Source: Actinomycetota bacterium
Lineage (GTDB): Bacteria; Actinomycetota; Thermoleophilia; Gaiellales; Gaiellaceae
Assembly (NCBI GenBank): GCA_013696185.1
Contig: JACCZA010000045.1
Coordinates: 1 to 25,526 of the forward strand
Length of the DNA: 25,526 bases
Direction: 5' to 3'
Part shown: positions 1-7,979 of the stretch, piece after piece
Numbering within the stretch: the first letter of the stretch is position 1
Layout: the number at the start of each line of letters is the position of its first letter
Position numbers and translations under genes: made by a program
The notes under the pieces: generated by a model
The model's input: the letters and a program-made list of their open reading frames with translations, nothing else
What the model was told of the DNA's origin: nothing
Database searches by the model: none

Positions 1-544
1 CGGGGCCGGTCGGGACGCGCTCGGCCAGCATCGCCAGCATCGGCGCGTAGCGGGACCGCTCGCGCGGCCCGGGACGCGACTGGTCCCGCTTCTTGATCAA
101 CAGCCAGTTCTTCGCGTCGCCCGAGAGCTTCGCCGGGACGAGCGCCCACGTGCCCTCGAGCCGCTTCCCCGCGAGCCGGAAGGTCAGGCCGCCGTCACGC
201 TTCTCCTCGACCAGCTCGTACGTCCCCTCGTCCCAGATCTCGACCAGCCCTGCGCCGTAGTTGCCCTGCGGGATCTCGCCCTCGAAGCTCGCGTACTCGA
301 GCGGGTGGTCCTCCACGTGCACCGCCAGGTGCTGCTGGCCAGGCTCGAGCGGCACGCCCTTCGGCACCGCCCAGCTCGCGAGCGCACCCTCCCGCTCCAG
401 ACGCAGGTCGTAGTGGAGCCGCCGCGCGTCGTGGCGCTGGACGACGAAGATCGGGGCGCCGCCGTCCTTGCGGTTGCCGAAGGGCTCGGGCGTCCCCTTC
501 GGGTCGCGCTTGCGCCGGTACTCGCGCAGCCTGGCCTCGGCCAC
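1..544 (-). CDS. ligD: DNA ligase D (NHEJ), N-terminal part: 3'-phosphoesterase domain followed by the start of the ATP-dependent ligase domain; runs off the window edge
   Basis: Not in the ORF track; translated by hand from GTG at 544. It reads VAEARLREYRRKRDPKGTPEP...FVVQRHDARRLHYDLRLE...SWAVPKG...LAVHVEDHP..YASFEGEIPQGNYGAGLVEIWDEG...NWLLIKKRD...YAPMLA. These are the LigD PE motifs followed by the ligase-domain PMLA. SD-like GGAGAGG lies upstream. Confidence 0.92.
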   Translation of the reverse strand, partial: MAEARLREYRRKRDPKGTPEPFGNRKDGGAPIFVVQRHDARRLHYDLRLEREGALASWAVPKGVPLEPGQQHLAVHVEDHPLEYASFEGEIPQGNYGAGLVEIWDEGTYELVEEKRDGGLTFRLAGKRLEGTWALVPAKLSGDAKNWLLIKKRDQSRPGPRERSRYAPMLAMLAERVPTGP

Positions 545-598
545 GCTAGCGCCCTCTCCCCGGGGCTGTCCGGCGGGCGCGGCGGGCGCTCACAACCG

Positions 599-627
599 TG
601 GGGATAACCCTGTGGACATGTGGATCA
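599..627. promoter_or_regulatory. Cluster of three co-oriented DnaA-box-like 9-mers in the accA-ligD spacer
   Basis: TGGGGATAA (599-607, 1 mismatch to TGTGGATAA), TGTGGACAT (611-619, 1 mismatch to the actinobacterial TGTGGACAA) and TGTGGATCA (619-627, 1 mismatch to TGTGGATAA). Confidence 0.65.
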
Positions 628-635
628 CGGATCCT

Positions 636-1568
636 CTACGCGAACACGCCGAGCGAGCGGAACTTCGCCCGGCGGGTGCGGCGAAGCTCCTCGCCGGGGA
701 TGCCGTCGAGGTCCTCCAGCGCCTCCCGCAGCGACGCGCCGAGCAGGCGCGCCGCCTCCTCGTGGTCGAGGTGAGCCCCTCCCGCCGGCTCGGGCACGAT
801 GCCGTCGATCACGCCGAGCTCGAGGCAGTGGGCAGCGTCGGGCTTGAACGCCGCTGCCGCCTTCTTCGCCTCGGAGGCGTCGCGCCAGAGGATGGCCGCA
901 CAGCCCTCGGGCGTGATCACCGAGTAGATCGCGTGCTCCTGCATCAGCACCCGGTCCGAGAGCGCGAGCGCGATCGCTCCCCCCGAGCCGCCCTCGCCGA
1001 TCACGCAGGCGACCGTCGGCACGGTGAGTCGGGCCATCGTCGCCTGGGAGCGCGCGATCGAGCCGCCCTGGCCGTGCTGCTCGGCCGCGACGCCCGGATA
1101 GGCGCCCGGGGTGTCGACGAGCGAGACGAGCGGAAAGCCCTGCCGCTCGGCGAGCTCCATCGCCCGCATCGCCTTGCGGTAGCCCTCGGGGAAGGCCATG
1201 CCGAAGTTGCGCCGCGTGCGCTCCTTGATGTCGCGCCCCTTCTGCTGGCCGACGAGCACGATCGTGCGACCGTCGAGACGACCCAGGCCGGCGACGATCG
1301 CCGCGTCGTCGGCGCGGGTGCGATCGCCGTGGAGCTCGAAGAAGTCGTCCAGCAGACGGCCGACGTAGTCGAGCGTGTAGGGGCGATCCTGGTGTCGGGC
1401 CAGCTCGACCGAGCGCCAGATCTCCTCGTCGGTGGGCTCGGCGGCCAGCAGGTCGAGCTGGCGCTGGAGCCGCTCGAGCTCGCCGGAGAGCCCGGTCCGA
1501 CCGAGCAGGCGGGTGGCGCGCAGCTTGCCCAGGCGCTCGCGCAGCCTGAGCTCGGCCTCACTCGCCAC
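636..1568 (-). CDS. accA: Acetyl-CoA carboxylase carboxyltransferase alpha subunit
   Basis: Motifs ARHQDRPYTLDY, NFGMAFPEGYRKAMR, LVDTPGAYPG, GEGGSGGA and YSVITPEGCAAILWRD. Overlaps the accD stop. Confidence 0.96.
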   Translation of the reverse strand: MASEAELRLRERLGKLRATRLLGRTGLSGELERLQRQLDLLAAEPTDEEIWRSVELARHQDRPYTLDYVGRLLDDFFELHGDRTRADDAAIVAGLGRLDGRTIVLVGQQKGRDIKERTRRNFGMAFPEGYRKAMRAMELAERQGFPLVSLVDTPGAYPGVAAEQHGQGGSIARSQATMARLTVPTVACVIGEGGSGGAIALALSDRVLMQEHAIYSVITPEGCAAILWRDASEAKKAAAAFKPDAAHCLELGVIDGIVPEPAGGAHLDHEEAARLLGASLREALEDLDGIPGEELRRTRRAKFRSLGVFA

Positions 1569-2403
1569 GGTCGAAGAGCCTCAGCAGGCGGGCCAGAGTC
1601 GAGCGGAGCTCCGGCCGGGGCACGATCGCATCGACGTGACCGTAGCGGAGGTTGGACTCGGCCAGGCCGAAGTCGTCCGGGAGCTTCTCGCGCGTCGTCT
1701 GCTGCACGACGCGCGGGCCCGCGAAGGACATGAGCGCGCCCGGCTCGGCGAGCAGGACGTCGCCGAGGCTCGCGAAGCTCGCAAGCAGGCCGCCGGTGGT
1801 CGGATGGCCGAGCACGGTGACGAGAGGGACGCGCGCGTCGCGCAGGTCCTCGGCGGCGCAGACGGTCTTCGGCATCTGCATCAGCGCGAGGATGCCCTCC
1901 TGCATGCGCGCCCCGCCCGACGCCGCGACGGCGATCAGCGGCACGCGGCGCTCGGCTGCGCTGTCGCAGGCCCGGGAGAACTTCTCCCCCACGACGCTGC
2001 CCATCGAGCCGCCCATGAAGGCGAAGTCCATCACCGCCAGCTCGCAGCCGTGGCCGTCGAGCGTCGCCTCGCCGATCACCATCGCCTCGCCGAGCCCCGT
2101 CGCGAGCTCCGCCTCCGCGAGCCGCTCCGTGTAGGGGCGAAGGTCGAAGAAGTCGAGCGGATCCTCGGAGCGCAGATCGGCGGCCTGCTCGACGAAGCTC
2201 CCCTCGTCGGCGAGTTGCGCGATGCGCGCGCGGGCGCGCATGGGGAAGTGGTGGCCGCAGTGCCGGCAGACCCAGAGCGAGGCGTCGAGCTCGTCGTCGC
2301 GGTAGTGCGAGGCGCAGCTCGGGCAGGTGTTCGGGTTTCGCTTCCCCCCCTCGGGGGGTGGGAGGTGCTTGTGCTCGACGGAGACGTCGATCCGGCTCGC
2401 CAT
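1558..2403 (-). CDS. accD: Acetyl-CoA carboxylase carboxyltransferase beta subunit
   Basis: N-terminal zinc ribbon CPSC-x15-CRHCGHHF, plus MDFAFMGGSMGSVVGEK, ASGGARMQEGILALMQM, PTTGG and FAGPRVVQQT. Confidence 0.96.
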   Translation of the reverse strand: MASRIDVSVEHKHLPPPEGGKRNPNTCPSCASHYRDDELDASLWVCRHCGHHFPMRARARIAQLADEGSFVEQAADLRSEDPLDFFDLRPYTERLAEAELATGLGEAMVIGEATLDGHGCELAVMDFAFMGGSMGSVVGEKFSRACDSAAERRVPLIAVAASGGARMQEGILALMQMPKTVCAAEDLRDARVPLVTVLGHPTTGGLLASFASLGDVLLAEPGALMSFAGPRVVQQTTREKLPDDFGLAESNLRYGHVDAIVPRPELRSTLARLLRLFDRGE

Positions 2404-2413
2404 TGAGCGCCTG

Positions 2414-2419
2414 AGTCTA
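2414..2419 (-). promoter_or_regulatory. Putative -10 hexamer TAGACT of an internal accDA promoter (near-leaderless)
   Basis: TAGACT on the minus strand ends 10 nt before the accD ATG. It fits the actinobacterial TANNNT consensus; no clear -35. Confidence 0.4.
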
Positions 2420-2452
2420 GTGCTCCTCCATGCCCGCCCGAGCCCCAGGGAC

Positions 2453-3229
2453 CTACAGACCGAGCGCCCGCGTCAGGCGGACGAGCGGCTCGACGTTGCG
2501 CGGGTCGGCCGTCAGGCCCGAGAGGCCCGCGCCGATCACCGTCGCGCTCGCGCAGACCTCGCGCAGGACGTCCTCGGCCTCCACGAGCGAGAGGCCGGCA
2601 GGCTCGGGCATGAACGGCGTGATCTCGCCCGGGTCGAGCACGTCGCCGTCGAGGGCGACGTAGACGCAGCTCGTGTCGGCGAGGGCGCGGTCGACCGCCC
2701 CTTGCCCGGTGTGGAGCCCGCTCGCGGCCACGAACTCCTCCTCCGCCGGGTCGAGAGCTCTGGCTCCGACGAGCGCGACGTCGTCGGCCAGCACGACCTG
2801 GGCGTCGATCAGCATCCGCAGGGGCATGCCCCACTTGTTGCCGGAGGGAGACGTCTCGGGCGTATTCAGGTCGCCGTGGGCGTCGAGCCAGACGAGCGCG
2901 ACCCGGTCCCTCCCCGACGCGAGGGCAGTCACGGCGCCGACGTGGGCGCAGCAGCAGCCGCCGAGCACGAGCGGCCGGTCCGGCAGCTCGCTCGCGAGCG
3001 CGGCGCTCTGCTCGGGCAGGGAGTCCTCCGCGACGACTCCCGTCTCCGGCCAGGGCAGGTCGAGCCACGCCGCCGCGGCCATGGCCTCCCCATCCTTCCC
3101 CCAGGCCCGCGGCACGCGCACGAGCCCCGCGGCGAACTCGTGGCCGCAGGCGTGGCACTCGTACTCCGGACCGAGCGCGACCGCCGTCAGCGTCCGGCAG
3201 AAGGGGCATCGGGCACGCAGGCGGCTCAC
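2453..3229 (-). CDS. Arginase/ureohydrolase-family protein with N-terminal Cys4 zinc ribbon and atypical active site (258 aa)
   Basis: GTG start at 3229, in frame with track ORF 2453..3400. It carries RCPFC-x13-CHACGHEF, LVLGGCCCAH, WLDAHGDLNTPETSPSGNKWGMP and YVALDGDVLDP. The fold assignment is strong; the substrate is unknown. Confidence 0.85.
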   Translation of the reverse strand: MSRLRARCPFCRTLTAVALGPEYECHACGHEFAAGLVRVPRAWGKDGEAMAAAAWLDLPWPETGVVAEDSLPEQSAALASELPDRPLVLGGCCCAHVGAVTALASGRDRVALVWLDAHGDLNTPETSPSGNKWGMPLRMLIDAQVVLADDVALVGARALDPAEEEFVAASGLHTGQGAVDRALADTSCVYVALDGDVLDPGEITPFMPEPAGLSLVEAEDVLREVCASATVIGAGLSGLTADPRNVEPLVRLTRALGL

Positions 3230-3314
3230 AGGGGCTTCTCCCACCGGTCGTTCCGCCGCGCCGTGGTCATCCCGACGCGCTCGTACAGACGGACGCCGAC
3301 AGCGTGACGGACCC
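3226..3314 (-). pseudogene. C-terminal relic of a GNAT-family acetyltransferase
   Basis: The spacer between the HAD stop and the arginase-like start translates as ..HAVGVRLYERVGMTTARRNDRWEKPL*. This matches the GNAT C-terminal 'A..LYE..G' motif, and its TGA overlaps the next GTG (GTGA). The frame is closed upstream by a stop at 3397-3399. Confidence 0.6.
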
Positions 3315-3977
3315 TCAAGCCGGCACCAGCTCGTCGAGCGTCTCGGGCAGAGCCTCGATGTCAGGCAGCTCGCGCGCCGGCCGGGGGTCGGCGGCCTCAC
3401 CCAGCCGGTTGACCCAGACCGACGTGAGCCCGAGCTCCGACGCAGGAACGACGTCGTGGAACAGACTCGCCGCGACGTGCACGTGGCGGCCCCGCTCCGC
3501 GGCCGTCAGCTCGAAGAAGCGCTCCCAGTGCCCGTGCGCAGGCTTGTAGGAATGGACGTCCCCGGCGGCGACCGTGACGTCGAAGGGCACGCCGAGCGCC
3601 AGCTGCGACGCGGCGAGCAGCTCGCGGTCGCAGTTCGAGAGCACGCCGAGGCTCCACCCCCGCCGGCGCAGCTCGGCGAGCGCCTCGGGCACCTCGGGGA
3701 AGGGCGGCCACTCGGGCAGGGAGCGCGCGAGCATGGCCGACTCGCCCTCCGGGAGGCCGTACCCGGACTCCGCTGCGAGCCGCTCCAGCGTGAGCCCGAG
3801 CACGACCGCGTAGGGCCGGTACGCCTCTGCCTGCACCCCCGGCTCGAGCTCGTGGTAGCGCTCGAGCAGCCGCGGCGCATGCTCGACGCCGAACAGCCGC
3901 TCGAGCACGGCGCCGATGCCCGCATTCCAGTCGATCAACGTCCCGTAGCAGTCGAATGTCGCCCAGCGCCCGGCCAC
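3315..3977 (-). CDS. HAD-superfamily hydrolase, haloacid dehalogenase type II-like (220 aa)
   Basis: 3' part of track ORF 3315..5054 with probable GTG at 3977. HAD motifs WATFDCYGTLIDW (I), LSNCD (II), SYKP (III) and HVAASLFHDVVPA (IV). Confidence 0.9.
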   Translation of the reverse strand: MAGRWATFDCYGTLIDWNAGIGAVLERLFGVEHAPRLLERYHELEPGVQAEAYRPYAVVLGLTLERLAAESGYGLPEGESAMLARSLPEWPPFPEVPEALAELRRRGWSLGVLSNCDRELLAASQLALGVPFDVTVAAGDVHSYKPAHGHWERFFELTAAERGRHVHVAASLFHDVVPASELGLTSVWVNRLGEAADPRPARELPDIEALPETLDELVPA

Positions 3978-3991
3978 GTCTGCCGCCTGGA

Positions 3992-5254
3992 TCAGTCGTC
4001 GAGCCCGCGGATCACGATGCAGGCGTTGTGCCCGCCGAAGCCGAACGAGTTCGACACGCCGACCCGCACCTCGGCCTCGCGCGCCTCGTTCGGGACGTAG
4101 TCGAGATCGCAGGCAGGGTCGGCCTCGTCGTGGTTGATCGTGGGCGGCAGGATGCCGCGGTCGATCGCGAGGGTCGTGAAGATCGCCTCGATCGCGCCCG
4201 CGGCGCCGAGGCAGTGCCCGGTCGCGCCCTTCGTCGAGGAGACGGGAACGCGCGCCGCGTTCTCCTGCCCGAGCGCGATCTTGATCACCCGTGTCTCGCT
4301 CGCGTCGCCGAGCGGGGTCGAGGTGCCGTGGGCGTTGACGTAGTCGATCTCGGACGGATCGATGCCTGCGTCGGAGAACGCCATCGTCATCGCCCGGGCG
4401 GGGTTCAGGCCGGTCGGGTCGGGCTCGGTGATGTGCGTCGCGTCGGAGGAGAGCCCGTAGCCGGCCAGCTCCGCGTAGATGCGCGCGCCTCGGGCTCGGG
4501 CATGCTCGAGCTCCTCGAGCACGAGGATGGCAGCCCCCTCGCCCATCACGAAGCCGTCGCGGGCGGCGTCGAACGGTCGGCTGGCGCCCTCCGGATCGTC
4601 GTTTCGACGTGACAGCGCCCGCATCGAGCCGAAACCCGCGATCCCGACCCGCGTCACGGGCGCCTCGGTTCCACCGGCGAGCATCACGTCCGCGCGGCCG
4701 AGCCGGATCGCGTCTGCGCTCTCGCCGATCGCCATGTTGGAGGCGGCGCAGGCGGTGCACTGGGAAGTCAGCGGCCCGCGCGTGCCGAGCTCCATTGAGA
4801 CCCACGCGGCGCCCATGTTCGGGATGATCGCGGGGATCGAGAAGGGGTTGACCCGGTCGGGGCCGCGGTCGATCAGCGTGTGGTAGCAGTCCTGGAAGGA
4901 CTTCAGGCCTCCGATCCCGGTCGCCACCGAGACGCCCACGCGGTCGGGCGCCGCGGCCACGTCGAGGCCCGAGTCCTGCTCGGCCTGGCGCGCGGCGGCG
5001 AGGACCATCTGCGAGAAGCGGTCCATGCGCCTCGCCTGCTTGCGCTCGATCCACGCTGCCGGATCGAAGTCCTTCAGCTCGCAGGCGAAGGTGACGGGAT
5101 ACTCGGTCGCGTCGAACGCCGTGATCGGAGCGGCCGAGGCCCGACCCGCGATCAGGCTCTCCCAGGTCGTCTCGACATCGTTGCCGAGCGGCGTCACGGC
5201 ACCGAGCCCGGTGATCACGACGCGCCGGCGGCCGGCTCCGTTCGTACTGCTCAT
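3992..5254 (-). CDS. fabF: 3-oxoacyl-ACP synthase II (KAS II)
   Basis: RRVVITGLGAVTPLG; catalytic Cys in CTACAAS; HGTSTPLGD; GHCLGAAG; SNSFGFGGHN. Confidence 0.96.
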   Translation of the reverse strand: MSSTNGAGRRRVVITGLGAVTPLGNDVETTWESLIAGRASAAPITAFDATEYPVTFACELKDFDPAAWIERKQARRMDRFSQMVLAAARQAEQDSGLDVAAAPDRVGVSVATGIGGLKSFQDCYHTLIDRGPDRVNPFSIPAIIPNMGAAWVSMELGTRGPLTSQCTACAASNMAIGESADAIRLGRADVMLAGGTEAPVTRVGIAGFGSMRALSRRNDDPEGASRPFDAARDGFVMGEGAAILVLEELEHARARGARIYAELAGYGLSSDATHITEPDPTGLNPARAMTMAFSDAGIDPSEIDYVNAHGTSTPLGDASETRVIKIALGQENAARVPVSSTKGATGHCLGAAGAIEAIFTTLAIDRGILPPTINHDEADPACDLDYVPNEAREAEVRVGVSNSFGFGGHNACIVIRGLDD

Positions 5255-5265
5255 CGGCCGAGAAC

Positions 5266-5988
5266 CTACATACCGAGACCGCCGTCGACGAGCAGCACCT
5301 CGCCCGTCACGTACGACGCCTCGTCGGAGCAGAGGAAGCGCACCGCGCCCGCGACGTCCTCCGGGCGCCCGAGGCGGCCGAGCGGCGTGCTCGCGAGCAT
5401 CGCCCCTCGCAGCTCCTCCGGTAGGTCGTCGGTCAGCCGCGTGGCGACGTAGCCCGGGGCGACGACGTTGGCGCGCACGCCGCGGTTCCCGAGCTCGCGG
5501 GCGAGCGCCTTCGTGAAGCCGATGATCCCCGCCTTCGAGGCCGAGTAGTTGGTCTGCCCGGGGTTCCCGTGCAGCCCGACGATGCTGGAGACGTTGACGA
5601 TCGCGCCGGCGCGGCGCTTCATCATTCCCCGCGCGGCAGCACGGCAGGTGTGGAAGGTGCCGCCGAGGTTGGTCTCGAGGACGACCCGCCAGTCCTCGTC
5701 GGACATGCGCGCCAGGAGGCCGTCCCGCGTCAGCCCCGCGTTGTTCACGAGGACGTCGAGGTCGCCCGCCTCCTGCACGAGCCGTCGCGCCTGCTCGGGG
5801 TCGGCGACATCGGCCTGCGCCGCCCGGCCGCCGATCTCCTCGGCGACCGCCGTCGCCTCCTCGGCGCCCGAGCGGTAGCCGACGACGACGCTCGCGCCCG
5901 CACGGGCCAGCTCGAACGCGATCGCGCGACCGATGCCCCGCGAGCCACCGGTGACGAGCGCCGTCTTGCCAGCCAGGGAGCAGAACAC
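5266..5988 (-). CDS. fabG: 3-oxoacyl-ACP reductase
   Basis: TGGSRGIG, LVNNAGLTRDGLLARM, YSASKAG and VAPGYVAT; position inside the fab cluster. Confidence 0.94.
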   Translation of the reverse strand: MFCSLAGKTALVTGGSRGIGRAIAFELARAGASVVVGYRSGAEEATAVAEEIGGRAAQADVADPEQARRLVQEAGDLDVLVNNAGLTRDGLLARMSDEDWRVVLETNLGGTFHTCRAAARGMMKRRAGAIVNVSSIVGLHGNPGQTNYSASKAGIIGFTKALARELGNRGVRANVVAPGYVATRLTDDLPEELRGAMLASTPLGRLGRPEDVAGAVRFLCSDEASYVTGEVLLVDGGLGM

Positions 5989-6007
5989 GCCGCCGACCGG
6001 AGGCGAG

Positions 6008-6934
6008 TCAGGCAGCGGAGAGCGTCTCCTCGAGCTTCTGCAGCGACTCCAGGTTGTTCACGGGCACCGCCTTGACGCTCTTGTCGATGCGCCGGACCAG
6101 GCCCGACAGGACGTTCCCCGGGCCCACCTCGACGAAGGTGCGGACACCCTGTCGCACCAGCTCGCTCGTCGCCTGCGTGAACCTGACGGGCGCCGTCAGC
6201 TGCTCGACGAGGAGCCCGGCGATCCGGTGGGCGGGCTCGATGCTCGCGGTCACCGTCGAGACGAACGGGGCGACCGGCTCGGACACGCGCACCCGGTCGA
6301 GCGCCGGCCGCAGCCGGTCGGCGGCACGGGCGACGAGCGGGCTGTGGAAGGCGCCCGAGACCTTGAGCTTGATCGCGCGCCGCGCGCCCTGGGCCTCGGC
6401 CTCGCTGCAGCACTCCTCGACTGCCTCGTCCTCGCCCGAGACGACCACCTGACCGGGGCAGTTGTAGTTCGCCGGCCAGACGCCGATGATGCGGCGGCAG
6501 AGCGACTCGACCACCTCGTCGGGAAGACCGAGGATCGCGGCCATCGAGCCCGGGTGCTCCCGGGCCGCCGCGGCCATCGCGAGCCCGCGCTCGCGCACGA
6601 GCCCGATCGCGGGGCCCGTCTCGATCGCCGAGACCGCCGCGAGGGCGGCGAACTCCCCGACCGAGTGGCCGACCACGTAGTCGGGTCGCAGCCCGCGCGT
6701 CTCGAGCGCCGCGAGGATCGCGAGGCTCGTCGCGACGAGCGCAGGCTGCTGCACCTCGGTCTCGACGAGCTCCTCGAGGGGCGCCTCGAAGCAGAGGCGG
6801 CGCAGGTCGAGACCGGACGCCTCGCTGCCCCGGTCGAACACCTCCATCGCCTCGGGAATCGCCTCGGCGACGTCTCGACCCATGCCCGCCTCGAGCGAGC
6901 CCTGGCCCGGAAAACAGAACGCGACCTTACCCAC
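6008..6934 (-). CDS. fabD: Malonyl-CoA:ACP transacylase
   Basis: AFCFPGQGS, QQPAL, GHSVGE (catalytic Ser), ANYNCPGQVVVSG, VSGAFHSPL and EVGPGNVL. Confidence 0.96.
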   Translation of the reverse strand: MGKVAFCFPGQGSLEAGMGRDVAEAIPEAMEVFDRGSEASGLDLRRLCFEAPLEELVETEVQQPALVATSLAILAALETRGLRPDYVVGHSVGEFAALAAVSAIETGPAIGLVRERGLAMAAAAREHPGSMAAILGLPDEVVESLCRRIIGVWPANYNCPGQVVVSGEDEAVEECCSEAEAQGARRAIKLKVSGAFHSPLVARAADRLRPALDRVRVSEPVAPFVSTVTASIEPAHRIAGLLVEQLTAPVRFTQATSELVRQGVRTFVEVGPGNVLSGLVRRIDKSVKAVPVNNLESLQKLEETLSAA

Positions 6935-7979
6935 CGACCGTCTCCTCTCGACGCCTGCTCTGCCCGTTGCCGTTCGTCTGCCCGGTCCACTCCATCACCG
7001 CGGAGCCCCAGGTGAGCCCGGCACCCATGCCCGTCATCAGCACCGTCTGACCGGGGTGCAACATCCCGTCGGCGGCGGCATCGGCGAGCGCGAGCGGGAT
7101 CGAGCCCGACGACGTGTTGCCGAAGCGATCGACGTTGACGACGACCCGCTCGCGAGCGATGCCGAGCTTGCGCACCGCGTAGTCGATGATCCGGACGTTT
7201 GCCTGGTGCGGCACGTAGAGGTCGATGTCGGCGACCGACAGCCCGCACTCGGCGAGCACGCGCTCGGCGGACGACACGAGCACGCGGGTGGCGAACTTGA
7301 ACACCTCGGGCCCGTTCATCTTCACGAGGTGCTGCCCCCCCGCCACCGACTCGGCGGTCGCGGGCATGCGCGACCCTCCGGCCGGCAGGTTCAGGTGGAC
7401 CCCGCCCGCGCCGTCGGCGCCGAGCTCGAAGCCGAGAAAGCCGCCCGCGTCCACCGCCTCGAGCACGACGGCGCCCGCGCCGTCGCCGAAGAGGACGGCG
7501 GTGCTGCGGTCGCTCCAGTCGACGATCTTCGAGAGGACGTCGCCCCCGACGACGAGCGCCCGCGACGAGAGGCCGCCGGCGATCATCCCGTAGGCCTGCG
7601 CGAGCGCGTACATGAAGCCCGTGCAGCCCGCCGAGAGGTCGTAGGCCGCCGCGTCGGGCATGCCGAGCCGGTCGGCCAGGACAGCGCCCGAGGAGGGGAA
7701 GACCATGTCCGGTGTGACCGTGGCGACGATCAGCAGGTCGATCGAGGAGGGCTCGCCGCCTGCCTGGGCGAGCGCCTGGCGGGCGGCGGGCAGGGCGAGG
7801 TCCGACAGCGCCTGCTCGGGCAGGGCGATGCGGCGCTCGCGGATGCCGGTGCGCTCGCGGATCCACTCGTCGGAGGTGTCGAGCGTCCGCGACAGGTCGT
7901 CGTTCGTGACTACGCGCTCGGGCGTGCAGCAGCCGAGCCCCGTGATCGAGACCCGCGCGCCGTTCGTCGCGCCGATCAC
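6927..7979 (-). CDS. fabH: 3-oxoacyl-ACP synthase III (350 aa)
   Basis: GTG at 7979 overlaps the fabZ stop (GTGA). Motifs DTSDEWIRERTGIRERR, DLSAGCTGF, LFGDGAGA, PHQAN and GNTSSGSIP (Cys-His-Asn triad). Confidence 0.96.
   Translation of the reverse strand: MIGATNGARVSITGLGCCTPERVVTNDDLSRTLDTSDEWIRERTGIRERRIALPEQALSDLALPAARQALAQAGGEPSSIDLLIVATVTPDMVFPSSGAVLADRLGMPDAAAYDLSAGCTGFMYALAQAYGMIAGGLSSRALVVGGDVLSKIVDWSDRSTAVLFGDGAGAVVLEAVDAGGFLGFELGADGAGGVHLNLPAGGSRMPATAESVAGGQHLVKMNGPEVFKFATRVLVSSAERVLAECGLSVADIDLYVPHQANVRIIDYAVRKLGIARERVVVNVDRFGNTSSGSIPLALADAAADGMLHPGQTVLMTGMGAGLTWGSAVMEWTGQTNGNGQSRRREETVGG

Noticed and set aside
548-590. 7-bp inverted repeat AGCGCCC/GGGCGCT and a 9-bp direct repeat GGCGGGCGC x2 upstream of ligD
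   Set aside because: All-GC short repeats are expected at this composition; there is no U-tract, so it is not called a terminator.
545-635. Search for an SOS box (TCGAAC-N4-GTTCGA) or a PafBC/RecA-NDp motif upstream of ligD
   Set aside because: Only TTGTGAG resembles the motif, and no correctly spaced -10 follows it.
2417-2431. Micro-ORF ATG GAG GAG CAC TAG (MEEH*) with an SD-like GGAGGAG upstream of accD
   Set aside because: It has four codons and no coupling to accD, and the GGAGG is about 19 nt from the accD ATG. It cannot be distinguished from chance.
3978-5054. Apparent 579-aa ORF fusing an unknown N-terminus to the HAD domain
   Set aside because: The upstream part is an alternative frame of fabF; only the 3' 220 aa have HAD motifs.
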